A stretch of 46,538 nucleotides of DNA from Halobacteriales archaeon SW_6_65_15 (GTDB taxonomy: Archaea > Halobacteriota > Halobacteria > Halobacteriales > Haladaptataceae), in the NCBI GenBank assembly GCA_003023465.1, contig PXSM01000125.1:1-46538 (forward strand), read 5' to 3'. The notes under the pieces are model-generated. The model ran no database searches. It saw only the letters and a list, made by a program, of their open reading frames with translations, and was not told where the DNA came from. Position numbers and translations under genes: made by a program. Position 1 is the stretch's first letter. Each line of letters opens with the position of its first letter. This document shows positions 18,705 through 28,490 of this stretch, in pieces.

Positions 18705-21700
18705 TCATTGGACGGTCTCGCTGTCGCGGACGTCGAAGTCCTTCTGCGTGCCGACGTCGTCGCGGTCCTGCGGGAACTCCAGGTCGACGTCCATGTTGAG
18801 TTCCTCCAGTAGCTGGTCCGTCGCCGGCCGCACGGCGACCATGGACACCTTGGTTTCCTGCATCTGGGTCTCGACGTCGTAGCCCCGCGACGTGATGGCG
18901 TTCGCCGAGTCGCCGATGGCGTACGGCACCGTCCCGTCGGGGTACTTGTCCTCCTGGCTCTTGCCCTTGAACACGCCGCCCCAGTGGAACGGGAGGAACA
19001 CCTCCTCGTCGTACGGGCGGTCGGTCACCCGGGCTTTCACCAGCACCGACCCGCGGTCGGTCGAAGAGACGACGACCAGGTCCCCGCCGTCGACGCCGAG
19101 TTCCTCGGCCTTGTTCGGCGTCATCTCGGCGTACATGTGGGGTTGCAGGTCGGCGGTGTGGACGTTCGACCGCGTCTCCGCGCCGCCGCCCTGGTGTTCG
19201 ACCTGCCGGCCGGTCGTCATGACGGTGTCGAGCGTCGGGCCATCCTCCTGGTTGTGGATGATGTCGTTGGCCCGCTGCTGCTCGGCGGCGTTGTTCTGGT
19301 CGAGCCGGTAGAAGTTGCGCTGCTGGCCGTTCGCGGGCCACTGCTCGACCAGGTCCGGCCGCGGACTCTCGATGGGTTCGCGGTGGACCGGCACCGTGTC
19401 GAGGAAGCTCCAGACGACCGCCCGCGCCCGGCCCCGACCGGTCGGGGCGTCGGGCTGGCGGTAGTCGTACCGTTCGTAGAACGACGGGTCGACGCCGGGA
19501 TTGATCTTCTCGTTCAGGTACCGGTCGAACTCGTCGCTGCCGGTGTCGGGCGACGACAGCGCCTGCGCCGCGGTGAACACGGAGCTACTGTTGTCCAGTG
19601 CGTGCTGCTGCGGGATGGTCAGCTCGTCCGGCTCCGTCCTCGGCGAGGTCGTCGTCGGCGGCCCACTCGGGCTGGTAGGGTGCCCGCGTCAGGTCGAGTG
19701 CCTCCTCCTGGCTCTCGTAGCGGTCGCCGACGGCGTTCAGCGTCTCCTGGAACGGGTACTCGTCGTCGGTGGGCATCTCCTCCCACTCCTCGGGCGTCGG
19801 TGCGCTGACGCCCCAGCGGGTCCGGAAGTCCTGGCCGCCGTCGTTGGGGTCCATGTCGTCGTTCCAGATGATGGGCGTCCCGGGATGGTCCTCGCCCCAG
19901 CAGGGCCAGGGGAGCATCCAGTACTCGCCCGCGACCGGCGTGCCCTCCGCACCCTGGAGGTCCTCGCTGGAGAACGCCCAGTCGTACTCCATGTGCTGCT
20001 GGAGGCGCTCGGGCGTCTGGCGGTAGCCGATGGTGTTCGTCCCGAGGTTGAACTCGCGGATGACGTCCTCGTACGAGGACTTCCCGCTGTGCATCTCCGG
20101 GCCGGTCCCCCAGTCGAAGTGCTCGCCGAAGCCGAGGTGGTCGGCCAGTTCCTGCATGATCTGCAGGTCCGGCTTCGAGTTGTGCTTGGGCGGAGAAACC
20201 GGCTCGGACCACTGGACCGACCGGTTGGTGTTCGTCAGCGAGCGGTAGTGCTCGTACTGGCTGGACGCCGGGAGTACGAGCACCGGCGGCCCCTCCTCGT
20301 AGTCGGGCAGCACCGTCGCGACGCCCGGGAAGATGTCGACGACCACGAGCAGGTCGAGGTTCTCCATCCCCGCTTTCATCTGCTCCATCTCGCTGATGGA
20401 GTTGGCGGAGTGACCCCAGAACACGGCGATCTTCACCTGGTCGGGCTGGTAGATCGGCGTCTCCTGGTAGCGGTCCCCCTGGTCGAGTGCGGCCTCGAAC
20501 CAGCGGGCGACGGTGAGCCCGTTCTGGAACATCATCGAGTTCTCGGCCGGGTCGTCCGCGTCGTGGTCCGCGTTCGGCGGGAGGTCCGACTCCTCACCGC
20601 CCTCGTACACCGCGCTCTGCTGGACGTACTTCTCCGGGTCCATCAGCTCGAACCGCTCGTACATGTCCTCGAACGACGTGGACCCACTGGTGTACGGGTT
20701 CATGTCCCAGATGTCGGCCCACCACGACCAGCCACCGGGACTGAGGCCGTAGTAGCCCGGCAGGATGTGACTGGCCACGGCGAGGTCGGTCGCACCCTGG
20801 ACGTTCGCGTGGCCGCGCATCACCTGCAGGCCACCGCCGCTCCGCGCGGCGCTCCCCGAGGCGAGGCTCGCGGCGGCGTACGAGCGGATGTTCTGCGTCC
20901 CGTTGTTGTGCTGGGTGCCGCCCATCGCCCACTCGATCTGGACGTGCGGGCGCGCCTCGTGGATCATGTCGGCGATGCGCTCGATGTCCTCGACGGACAC
21001 CCACGTGATGTCCGAGACGGTCTCCTTGTCGTACTGGTCCAGCTCCGCGTCGACGTCCTCCCAGCCCTGGACCCGGTCGGTGAGCATGTTCTGCCCGGTG
21101 TCGTCGGCGTCCGGGTCCATCGCGAGACCGTGGCGGTCCCGGAGGTCCTTGATGACGCCCATCATCAGCGCCACGTCGGTGCCCGGGCGGAATCGGACGA
21201 ACTCGTCGGCGTGGGCCGCGGTCTTGGTGAACCGCGGGTCGAGGACGAGGATCTCCCCGCCGCGAGCCTGGCCCTCGAGGATGTGCTGCATCGCGATCGG
21301 GTGGGCCTCCGCCGGGTTCTGGCCGATGATGATGTCGAGTTCGAAGTTGCGGTAGTCCGGCACCGTGTTCGTCATGGCGCCGTAGCCCCACGTGTTCGCC
21401 AGCCCCGCGACCGTCGTCGAATGACAGATGCGCGCCTGGTGGTCCAGGTTGTTCGTCCCCATGAACGCCGCGAGCTTCCGGAGCGCGTAGCACTCCGAGT
21501 TGTCGTGGTGGGCGCTCCCGAGCAGCATGACGCTCTCGCGACTGGCCTCCTCGTCGACGTCGACGGCCGCCGACGGGCTGGTGTCGTCGTCGGGCCACAG
21601 CGCCCTGATGTCGGTCGACAGGCGGTTGTACGCCTCCGACCACGAGAGCTTGCTCCCCTCGCCGTTCTCCTGTATCATCGGGTGCTTGAGGCGCTTCTCC

Positions 21701-22011
21701 GAGTGTTCGGTCTCGTAGATGCCTGCACCTTTCGAACAGAGCGAGCCCGCGTTGATGGGGGGGTCTTCCCACGGTTCCATCCCGACGAAGGAGTCACCCT
21801 TCCGTTCGCCGTGGAATCCGCAACCGACCGAACAGTAGTTGCAGATAGTTTTGGTCAGTTCCGCGTCGGTGTCCGTCCCGTCCACGTCGTCCTCGCTCTG
21901 GGCCAACACCTGGCCGGCTCCGCTGCCGCCGAGGGCGACGGCTCCGGCAAGTGCGCTCGCCTTCATGAACGAGCGCCGGTCGAGGTCGAGTGATACCGGT
22001 TCTGTACTCAT
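18705..22011 (-). CDS. fdhA: Formate dehydrogenase alpha subunit (Mo/W-bisPGD, Tat), one frame break at about 19635
   Basis: DRRSFMK Tat, CNYCSVGC..LCSKG, active-site ARICHS, GYGAMTN, RGHANVQG; C-terminal TTGRQVEH/PFHWG domain in a second frame. Confidence 0.9.
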
Positions 22012-22016
22012 TATCT

Positions 22017-22055
22017 TTATCCGTTCTTACCGTTTCGTTCCGTTTCGTTCGCCAT
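22017..22055 (-). other. Candidate leader uORF (MANETERNGKNG) containing the 15-nt repeat
   Basis: atg gcg aac gaa acg gaa cga aac ggt aag aac gga taa; stop 5 nt before the fdhA ATG; TATA-like tttattat near 22101-22108. Confidence 0.35.
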
Positions 22056-22250
22056 GGTTTGCCACTCGATACCAACTAGCACCATAGTTTATGGGAATGC
22101 ATAATAAATGTCCGGTGCTTTTCTTAATCGAACAACTAGATTTAAGCGAAACTTATCGAGATGTGACCGCCTTGAGAGGACAGAATGGCCCGAGAACTTA
22201 TTCTGGACCTCGGGGCAAACGTTTTAGGGGTGATAGCCGAATCACGACCG

Positions 22251-24380
22251 ATGAACGTCGGAGCTTTCGTCTGTTCTTGTGGTGGGTCGTGCGAGGTGGA
22301 CCTGAAGGAGGTCCGGAACGGCGTCCGCGACGTCGATGTCGTGGCGAGTTCCGAACTGCTCTGTCAGGACGGCCTCGACGCGATGTCGCAAGTCGTCGAC
22401 GAGTACGAACTGGACGAACTCATCGTCACGGCGGCAGACCAGTCCTGTCGCCGGCGGATACGCGCGTTCGTCGAGGAGAAGGGACTCCACCCCGAGGCGG
22501 CGGAGTTCGTCAACCACCGCGAGGAGTGCGCGTGGGTCCACGACGGCGACGCCGCGGCCGAGAAGACCGCCCGCATGATCAACGCGACCGCCGCCGGCCG
22601 TCGGGCCGAAGCCGTCTCCCGCACCGTGGCCGGCGACGCGGGCGAGACCGTCGGCGTCGTCGGCGACCCGACCGTCGCCAGTTCGCTCGCCGACGCCGCG
22701 GACGTGACGCTCGTCGCCGACGGCCGGGACTTCGGCCACGTCGAGGACCTCGACGACGTCACCGTCGAACGCGGCCGCGTCGTCGACGTCTCGGGCGCGT
22801 ACGGCGACTTCGAGGTGACCGTCGAGGCTCGCGTCACGGACGACTGCATCTCGTGCATGGACTGCGTCCACGAGGGGCCCGACGACATGGTGACCGCCGC
22901 GCCCGTCGACGTCGACCCCGAGGCGCCCGACGGCGAGTGGGTCGACGTCTGTCCGACGGACGCCATCGACCTCGACGGGGTCACCCGGACCTTCGAGTTC
23001 GACCAGGTCGTGTACCCGGACGGGGACGCGCCCGCGCACGGCGGCCAACTCGGGTACTACACCGGGACCGTCGACGCCGACGCCGTCTCGGAGGTCGTGT
23101 CGAACCTCGGCGGGATCGAGAAGCCCCAGTTCCTCGACCTGGAGATGGACGTGTGCGCCGCGGGCGCGTCGAGCCAGCAGGGGTGTACCGCCTGCACCGA
23201 CGCTTGCCCCCACGAGGCGGTCGACCGTCCCACGGTCGACGAGGTCTCGTTCGACCCAGTCTCGTGCCAGAACTGCGGCGCGTGCACGAGCGCGTGCCCG
23301 ACCGGTGCGACGAAGCTCCGCGAACCGTCGAACGAGCGGATCGCCCGCGAGGTCGAGGCGCTCCTGACCGCCGAAGACGACGACGGCGGCTGGCTCCCGT
23401 GGGGCTCCGACCCTGCCATCGACGCCGAGGTCGTCGCGTTCGTCTGCTCGGAGCGCGCTCGCGACCGGTTGCGCGCGTACGGGCGACGCGCACGAAGCGA
23501 CGACTCCATCGAGTATCCGCCGATACTGCCGGTCAGCGTCAACTGCACGGACTCCGTCGGCGAGGCGCACGTGATGCACGCGCTCGCCGCGGGCGCCGAC
23601 GGCGTGGCCATCGTCGGCTGCGGCGGGGCATGTCTCCACTCCGGCCCCGACCCGAAGGCCGAACTCGTCGACCGACTCGGCACGGCGACCCGCGACCTGG
23701 GGCTGGGCGAGCGCGTCGCCTTCTTCGCGCCCGAGGCCGACGACCCCAGCGCGTTCGTCGAGGACCTCTCCCGGTTCGTCGTCGAGACCGTCACGGAGTC
23801 GCCGGTCCCGAGCGACGGTTACGAGGCCGACGGGGTCGCTCGCGACGACGACCACCACCCCGCGTTCAACAGCCACGGCTGGACGCTCGAGAGCGTCCGC
23901 CGCATCCTCGACCACGTCGAGCCCGAACGGGACGTGATCCGCGGCCTGAAGGATTTCGGCCGGATGGACGTCACCGACGCCTGCAACCTCACGCCGACCT
24001 GTTCGACGCTGTGTCCGACCGGGGCCATCCGGCGGACCGACGACGCCGACCTGGAGTTCAATCACGAACGCTGCGTCAACTGCGGCCTCTGCGAGGAGGG
24101 CTGTCCGGAGACGGCGATCACGATGCACGACGGCCTCGACCTCTCGTTGCTCCCCGAGAACGGGGACGGCGAGGACCCCGCGTGGTCGCGGGTCCACGAG
24201 GGCGAGATGATGGAGTGCGTCCGGTGCGGGAAACCGTTCGCCAGCGTCGGGACGGCCGAGGCCGTCGAGGCGGAGGTCGGCGACCTCGTGGAGGGTATCG
24301 CCCCCGCGTCGGACCACAGCATCTTCGAGTACTGCGGGGACTGCCGCGCGACGCTGATGTTCCAGGGAGGTGAGGCGTGA
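22251..24380 (+). CDS. HdrA-N / polyferredoxin / MvhD(FlpD)-like multidomain Fe-S protein
   Basis: VGAFVCSCG and VNHREECAWVH (HdrA N-term); several CxxCxxCxxxCP; VAFVC..VNCT..ALAAGADGVAIVGC..CLH (MvhD); terminal CxxC..CxxC. Confidence 0.82.
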   Translation: MNVGAFVCSCGGSCEVDLKEVRNGVRDVDVVASSELLCQDGLDAMSQVVDEYELDELIVTAADQSCRRRIRAFVEEKGLHPEAAEFVNHREECAWVHDGDAAAEKTARMINATAAGRRAEAVSRTVAGDAGETVGVVGDPTVASSLADAADVTLVADGRDFGHVEDLDDVTVERGRVVDVSGAYGDFEVTVEARVTDDCISCMDCVHEGPDDMVTAAPVDVDPEAPDGEWVDVCPTDAIDLDGVTRTFEFDQVVYPDGDAPAHGGQLGYYTGTVDADAVSEVVSNLGGIEKPQFLDLEMDVCAAGASSQQGCTACTDACPHEAVDRPTVDEVSFDPVSCQNCGACTSACPTGATKLREPSNERIAREVEALLTAEDDDGGWLPWGSDPAIDAEVVAFVCSERARDRLRAYGRRARSDDSIEYPPILPVSVNCTDSVGEAHVMHALAAGADGVAIVGCGGACLHSGPDPKAELVDRLGTATRDLGLGERVAFFAPEADDPSAFVEDLSRFVVETVTESPVPSDGYEADGVARDDDHHPAFNSHGWTLESVRRILDHVEPERDVIRGLKDFGRMDVTDACNLTPTCSTLCPTGAIRRTDDADLEFNHERCVNCGLCEEGCPETAITMHDGLDLSLLPENGDGEDPAWSRVHEGEMMECVRCGKPFASVGTAEAVEAEVGDLVEGIAPASDHSIFEYCGDCRATLMFQGGEA

Positions 24381-25012
24381 TGGACGACGAGTCCGTCTAC
24401 GCGGCCCGGCTCGAACTGATCGACTTCCTCGTCGACGTGTTCTGGGACACGCCCGAGGAGTCGTTCGTCGCCGACCTCGTCGACGACGGGGTCGAACTCC
24501 CCGACGAGTCGGTGACGCCGGAGATGGACGAGGGGTTCGAGATGCTCGACGCGTGGCTCGACCGGAACCGCGACGCCGACGTCGAGGACCTGCGCGCCGA
24601 ACTCGAGACCGAGTACACGCGGCTGTTCGTGGGTCCGCGGCCGCCGGTGTTGCCCCACGAGACGTACTACCGGGAGGACGCCGACTTCCTCGGCGAGGGA
24701 CTGCCGGCCGTCCAGGACAGTTACGCCGCGGTCGGCTGGCAGCCGCCGGAGGAGTACCCGGAGGAGGCCGACTTCATCGCCGTGGAACTGGCGTTCCTGC
24801 GACACCTCGTCGACCGCCAGCGGCGCGGCGAGGAGGCCGCGTTCGGGTTCGAGCGCGTCTTCCTCGACGAGCACCTGCTGGAGTGGGTCGACCCGTTCGT
24901 CGAGGAACTGCGCGAGGAGGCCGATCCGGGGCTGTTCCTGGCGGCCGGACTGGTGTTCAAGGGGCTGGTCACGTTCGAGGACGAACTGGTCGCCCAGATG
25001 GTGCCCGGGTGA
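24377..25012 (+). CDS. TorD/DmsD-family redox enzyme maturation chaperone
   Basis: EYTRLFVGP, PHETYY, EEADFIAVELAFL, FLDEHLLEW. Confidence 0.9.
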   Translation: MMDDESVYAARLELIDFLVDVFWDTPEESFVADLVDDGVELPDESVTPEMDEGFEMLDAWLDRNRDADVEDLRAELETEYTRLFVGPRPPVLPHETYYREDADFLGEGLPAVQDSYAAVGWQPPEEYPEEADFIAVELAFLRHLVDRQRRGEEAAFGFERVFLDEHLLEWVDPFVEELREEADPGLFLAAGLVFKGLVTFEDELVAQMVPG

Positions 25013-25178
25013 CCGACCCCGGAGTCCGCACCTGTGCGCAGAAGTACACCTGAGTGAAGAAATCGAAGCGCCCGCGACGGCGACGGCGTGCGGTAATCAG
25101 ACTGGCGGCACTGGCTACTGACGGGAGAAGCTACTGACGAGCGAGAACGCTATCGATTCCGGGTGAGCGAGAATCCGA

Positions 25179-25316
25179 TTACTCGTCGGTGAGCGAGACG
25201 TCGCCGTCGGTCTCGCCGTGGTTGAGTTCGTTCGGCCAGACGCCGTGGTCGTAGACGGCGAACCCGTCGTAGGTCTCCACGCCCTCCGGTTGCCAGCCGC
25301 TGTCGTGACGTGACAT
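25179..25316 (-). CDS. Possible 45-aa acidic micro-protein or gene remnant
   Basis: MSRHDSGWQPEGVETYDGFAVYDHGVWPNELNHGETDGDVSLTDE, haloarchaeal codon usage; TATA-like ttttatt near 25345-25352. Confidence 0.45.
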   Translation of the reverse strand: MSRHDSGWQPEGVETYDGFAVYDHGVWPNELNHGETDGDVSLTDE

Positions 25317-25382
25317 GCTCTGACATTGCATAGGTCGACGGGGGCAATAAAACTTCCCCGGCAGCGACCGAGCCGACCCCGC

Positions 25383-25622
25383 TCACCGCTCGAATCGAGG
25401 CGCGATCGTCACGAGGACGAACGAGCCGACGAGCGCGAGCGCGATCAGCGGGACCACGACGCGCGCGCCGAACGCCATGGCCTGTTCCATCAGATGGTAC
25501 GCCGTCCACTGTTTCTGCGACTCCGCGTACATCGCGACCACGCCCACGCCGAGCACGAGCGCGAGGAGTCCGGCCACCGGCGCGATTCCGAACAGCGAGA
25601 GGTACCGCGACCGCCTACTCAT
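25383..25622 (-). CDS. 79-aa two-helix membrane protein
   Basis: Two TM segments around AESQKQWTAYHLMEQ; overlaps upstream gene. Confidence 0.7.
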   Translation of the reverse strand: MSRRSRYLSLFGIAPVAGLLALVLGVGVVAMYAESQKQWTAYHLMEQAMAFGARVVVPLIALALVGSFVLVTIAPRFER

Positions 25623-25875
25623 ACAGGACCCTCCCGGCGAAGAGCGCGCCCGTCAGCGGTACCAGCGCCACCAGCAACCAGCCCACGAACAGGCCCGCGT
25701 AGCTGATGGTCGATTCGAGGTGGATGGACCAGTGCCAGGTCCCCTTGAGTTCGGCGATCACCGCGACGGTCCCGACGACCAGGAGCGCGAGCGCGACGAG
25801 CGAGGCCAGCAGGTAGACGGCCGTTCGGACGTACCCGAGCAGCGTGGGGACCGGGGTGACCGTTCGTTCGGACAT
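25615..25875 (-). CDS. 86-aa two-helix membrane protein
   Basis: Two TM segments around AELKGTWHWSIHLES. Confidence 0.72.
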   Translation of the reverse strand: MSERTVTPVPTLLGYVRTAVYLLASLVALALLVVGTVAVIAELKGTWHWSIHLESTISYAGLFVGWLLVALVPLTGALFAGRVLYE

Positions 25876-25895
25876 GGTGTGTCTTGGCCTCCGTG

Positions 25896-26042
25896 TTACT
25901 CACTCCCGTACACGCGGTAGGCGTCGTAGGCCACGACCGCGAGCACGAGCAGGCCGACGGCCAGTATCGAGAACGCGAGGTCTGTCGAAAGCGGCAGGTC
26001 CGGCCCGACGTGTGCGACGTGGCCGAGTCGGCCGAGCGGCAT
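25896..26042 (-). CDS. 48-aa single-pass membrane micro-protein (below ORF-track cutoff)
   Basis: MPLGRLGHVAHVGPDLPLSTDLAFSILAVGLLVLAVVAYDAYRVYGSE; first of three co-oriented small genes. Confidence 0.6.
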   Translation of the reverse strand: MPLGRLGHVAHVGPDLPLSTDLAFSILAVGLLVLAVVAYDAYRVYGSE

Positions 26043-26362
26043 GTTCACACACTTGGGGGCCCGACACTAAGAATGCTCGGCCACCAGTACCCCCGCCGAT
26101 AGGTTCCCCCTCAGGGCGCACCTCGCCCGCGGTCCTTCGCCCGAGCGCACCACGCTCGCCGCCCCACGTCCGGGCGCACCTCGTCCGCGTGGAACGAATC
26201 TCTCCAGGACGAACTGGCCGGGACCGTCGCTCCCGGCGTTTGGGGCCGGTGTCGAACGCGATTCGCCGAACCCGCCCGGAGGCCCTGTAATTTTCGGAAT
26301 GAAATAATCTTTCTGCGAAGAAGGGGTGGGCTTTTGGTCGGGCGCGATATAGTGGTACGACG

Positions 26363-27601
26363 ATGCGCACCAGACGGGACGTGCTCCAGCGGCTGGCGGT
26401 GCTGTCGGGAACGGCCGGCCTCGCGGGCTGTAGCCGGATGCTGGACCCCTCGACCGTCGGGGGCGTGCCGGGACTGGCCGCCAACCCCCACGCGGAGTCG
26501 CTCCCGGAGACGCAGTTCGGCCACGCGGACGCGCTCCGGACCGACGGCGACGGGAACCCCATCCAGCCGCAGTATCACCGCGTCCTCCTGCTCGCGCTCG
26601 ACGTCGAGCCGTCGAACGACGCCGCACGCACGGTCGAGCGGTCGATGCGGACGCTCGAAGCCGCCTTCGACTGGGCGCCCGACGGCCTCTTTCACATGCT
26701 GGCGTGGGGAACGGACTACTTCGAGCGCGTCGGCGCGCTCGACCGGTCCCCCATCGAGCGCCCGACGGTGCTCTCGCGGGTCGACGAACCCGACCTGCAG
26801 TCCTACGACGCGGCGCTCGTCCTCTCCAGCGACACTCAGTCGCACCTGATCAGGACCGAGAACGCGCTGTTCGGGTCGGCCGATGAACTCAACGGCGAGC
26901 CGGTCGAGCACCGCCTGGGCACGGTGTTCTCCGTCGCGGGTCGCCGGACGGGGTTCATGGGTGCGGGACTTCCCAAGGAGCACGCCCACGTCGAGGGAGT
27001 CCCCTCGGACGCGCTCTCGGACGACCACCCGATGTTCACCGGGTTCTTCTCCGGCAGAAAACGGACGCAGGCCGGCGAGGACCGCGTCCGGATCGGCGAC
27101 GGCGACTTCGCCGGCGGAACGACGATGCACCTGAGCCACCTGACCGAGAACCTCGACCTGTGGTGGGACAGTTTCGACGCCGCCGACCGGGCCGGACGGA
27201 TGTTCGCGCCGGACGTGTCACCGGAGGACGTCGCGGAGTTCGGTACCGACGTCCCGTTCGCGAACGCCGTCCGCGAACACGCCCGGGAGTACGGGGAGGT
27301 CGGTCACCACGAGAAAGTCGCCCGCGCCCGCGAAGACGGGGAGCCGATCGTGCTCCGCCGGGACTTCAACACGGTCGACGGCGGCCAGGCCGGCGTCCAC
27401 TTCCTCTCGTTGCAGCGCAGCCTCGCGGACTTCAGGAAGACGCGCAGGGCGATGAACGGCTGGTACCTCCGGGACGAGCACGCGCAGGTCACCGACCGGA
27501 AGAACAACGGCCTCCTGGAGTTCATCACCGTCCAGTCGCGGGCCAACTTCTACGCTCCGCCCCGGAACGGGCGGTCGTTCCCGCTGTTCACGGACGGGTG
27601 A
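26363..27601 (+). CDS. Tat lipoprotein, DyP-type peroxidase-like fold (DUF7405-like)
   Basis: TRRDVL twin-Arg, LAGC lipobox; GHHEKVARAR, IVLRRDFN, GVHFLSLQ, LLEFI..NFYAPP follow the DyP C-terminal motif order. Confidence 0.7.
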   Translation: MRTRRDVLQRLAVLSGTAGLAGCSRMLDPSTVGGVPGLAANPHAESLPETQFGHADALRTDGDGNPIQPQYHRVLLLALDVEPSNDAARTVERSMRTLEAAFDWAPDGLFHMLAWGTDYFERVGALDRSPIERPTVLSRVDEPDLQSYDAALVLSSDTQSHLIRTENALFGSADELNGEPVEHRLGTVFSVAGRRTGFMGAGLPKEHAHVEGVPSDALSDDHPMFTGFFSGRKRTQAGEDRVRIGDGDFAGGTTMHLSHLTENLDLWWDSFDAADRAGRMFAPDVSPEDVAEFGTDVPFANAVREHAREYGEVGHHEKVARAREDGEPIVLRRDFNTVDGGQAGVHFLSLQRSLADFRKTRRAMNGWYLRDEHAQVTDRKNNGLLEFITVQSRANFYAPPRNGRSFPLFTDG

Positions 27602-27665
27602 GCGCGTTTCCCGCCGCACGTTCGCGTTCGACGGCGGACGACCCCGTTCGCCCACGGACCACCGG

Positions 27666-28019
27666 TCAGCCGTCGTCGGTGGGCGGCGCGTTCGGGGGCC
27701 GCTTCACGTCGTCTTCGAGGAACACCCGGGCGAACAGGTCGACGTGGAGTTTGAGGACGGTGCTCTCGTCGAGGCCGGTCTCCTCGGCCTGGTCGGCGAG
27801 GAAGCCGGCGAGGTCGTCGCTCGGGTAGTGGGTGACGGTCGCGCCGTCGACCTCGAACTCGACGTCGGTCGCGTCGGAGACGAGGTGTTCGATCTCCAGC
27901 AGCGCCTGCTCGGCCTTCGTCTCCAGGGCCTCCTCGAAGTCCATGAGGCGAGCCTCGGCCCACTCCTCGGCGGCCGCCCGGAACCGGTCGTCGACCTCGA
28001 AGGACAGGCCGTCGCTCAA
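27666..28019 (-). CDS. Conserved hypothetical acidic protein (117 aa, TTG start)
   Basis: SDGLSFEVDDRF...RPPNAPPTDDG; TTGA overlap with upstream stop. Confidence 0.7.
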   Translation of the reverse strand: MSDGLSFEVDDRFRAAAEEWAEARLMDFEEALETKAEQALLEIEHLVSDATDVEFEVDGATVTHYPSDDLAGFLADQAEETGLDESTVLKLHVDLFARVFLEDDVKRPPNAPPTDDG

Positions 28020-28159
28020 AACGACACCCCCTCGCCCTCGAAGGCGCGGCTCCACGTCGTCTCCACGCCGCAGACCGGACACTCCGTCCGGAACGACGAC
28101 CGGTCTCCCGGCGGGCGGCGGGTCAGCTGGCCGCACTCCTCGCACTCGAACTGCGTCAT
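28016..28159 (-). CDS. 47-aa CPxCG zinc-finger micro-protein
   Basis: MTQFECEECG...ECPVCG; ATGA overlap with upstream gene. Confidence 0.75.
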   Translation of the reverse strand: MTQFECEECGQLTRRPPGDRSSFRTECPVCGVETTWSRAFEGEGVSF

Positions 28160-28434
28160 TCTCGCGGCGGCCAAGCCGACGGGCTCGGCGTCCGCTCCCC
28201 GAGTTCGCTGAACAGCAACAGGAACAGGAGCGCGACCAGCCCCATGACGACGAGGCCGGCCACGCCCGACACGAACGCCGGACCGATGTACGCCCCCCTG
28301 ACGCCGGCCGTCAGCGAGTCCGCCGTCTTGAGCAGGTCGTACACCGAGAGCATCTTCAGCAGCACCCAGCCCATGAACACCAGCACGGGCAGGGTCACGT
28401 ACCAAGCCTGGTCGAGCGCCGATCTGAGCCCCAT
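28156..28434 (-). CDS. Two-helix membrane protein (92 aa)
   Basis: MGLRSALDQAWY..., two TM segments, C-terminal WPP. Confidence 0.7.
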   Translation of the reverse strand: MGLRSALDQAWYVTLPVLVFMGWVLLKMLSVYDLLKTADSLTAGVRGAYIGPAFVSGVAGLVVMGLVALLFLLLFSELGERTPSPSAWPPRE

Positions 28435-28490
28435 ACTCTTGGTATCGTGTAACATGCATCTAAAACTTTGGGGAAGACGGCGAACCCGCC

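Noticed and set aside
19580-19640. Programmed frameshift or natural split of fdhA
   Set aside because: No slippery sequence evident; matches the window-wide deletion pattern
21410-21440. Selenocysteine in FDH, suggested by nearby yqeC
   Set aside because: Active-site codon is TGT (Cys); no in-frame TGA
26114-26189. 18-nt direct repeat gggcgcacctcgYccgcg x2 in the divergent promoter gap
   Set aside because: Two GC-rich copies only; cannot separate from chance or local duplication
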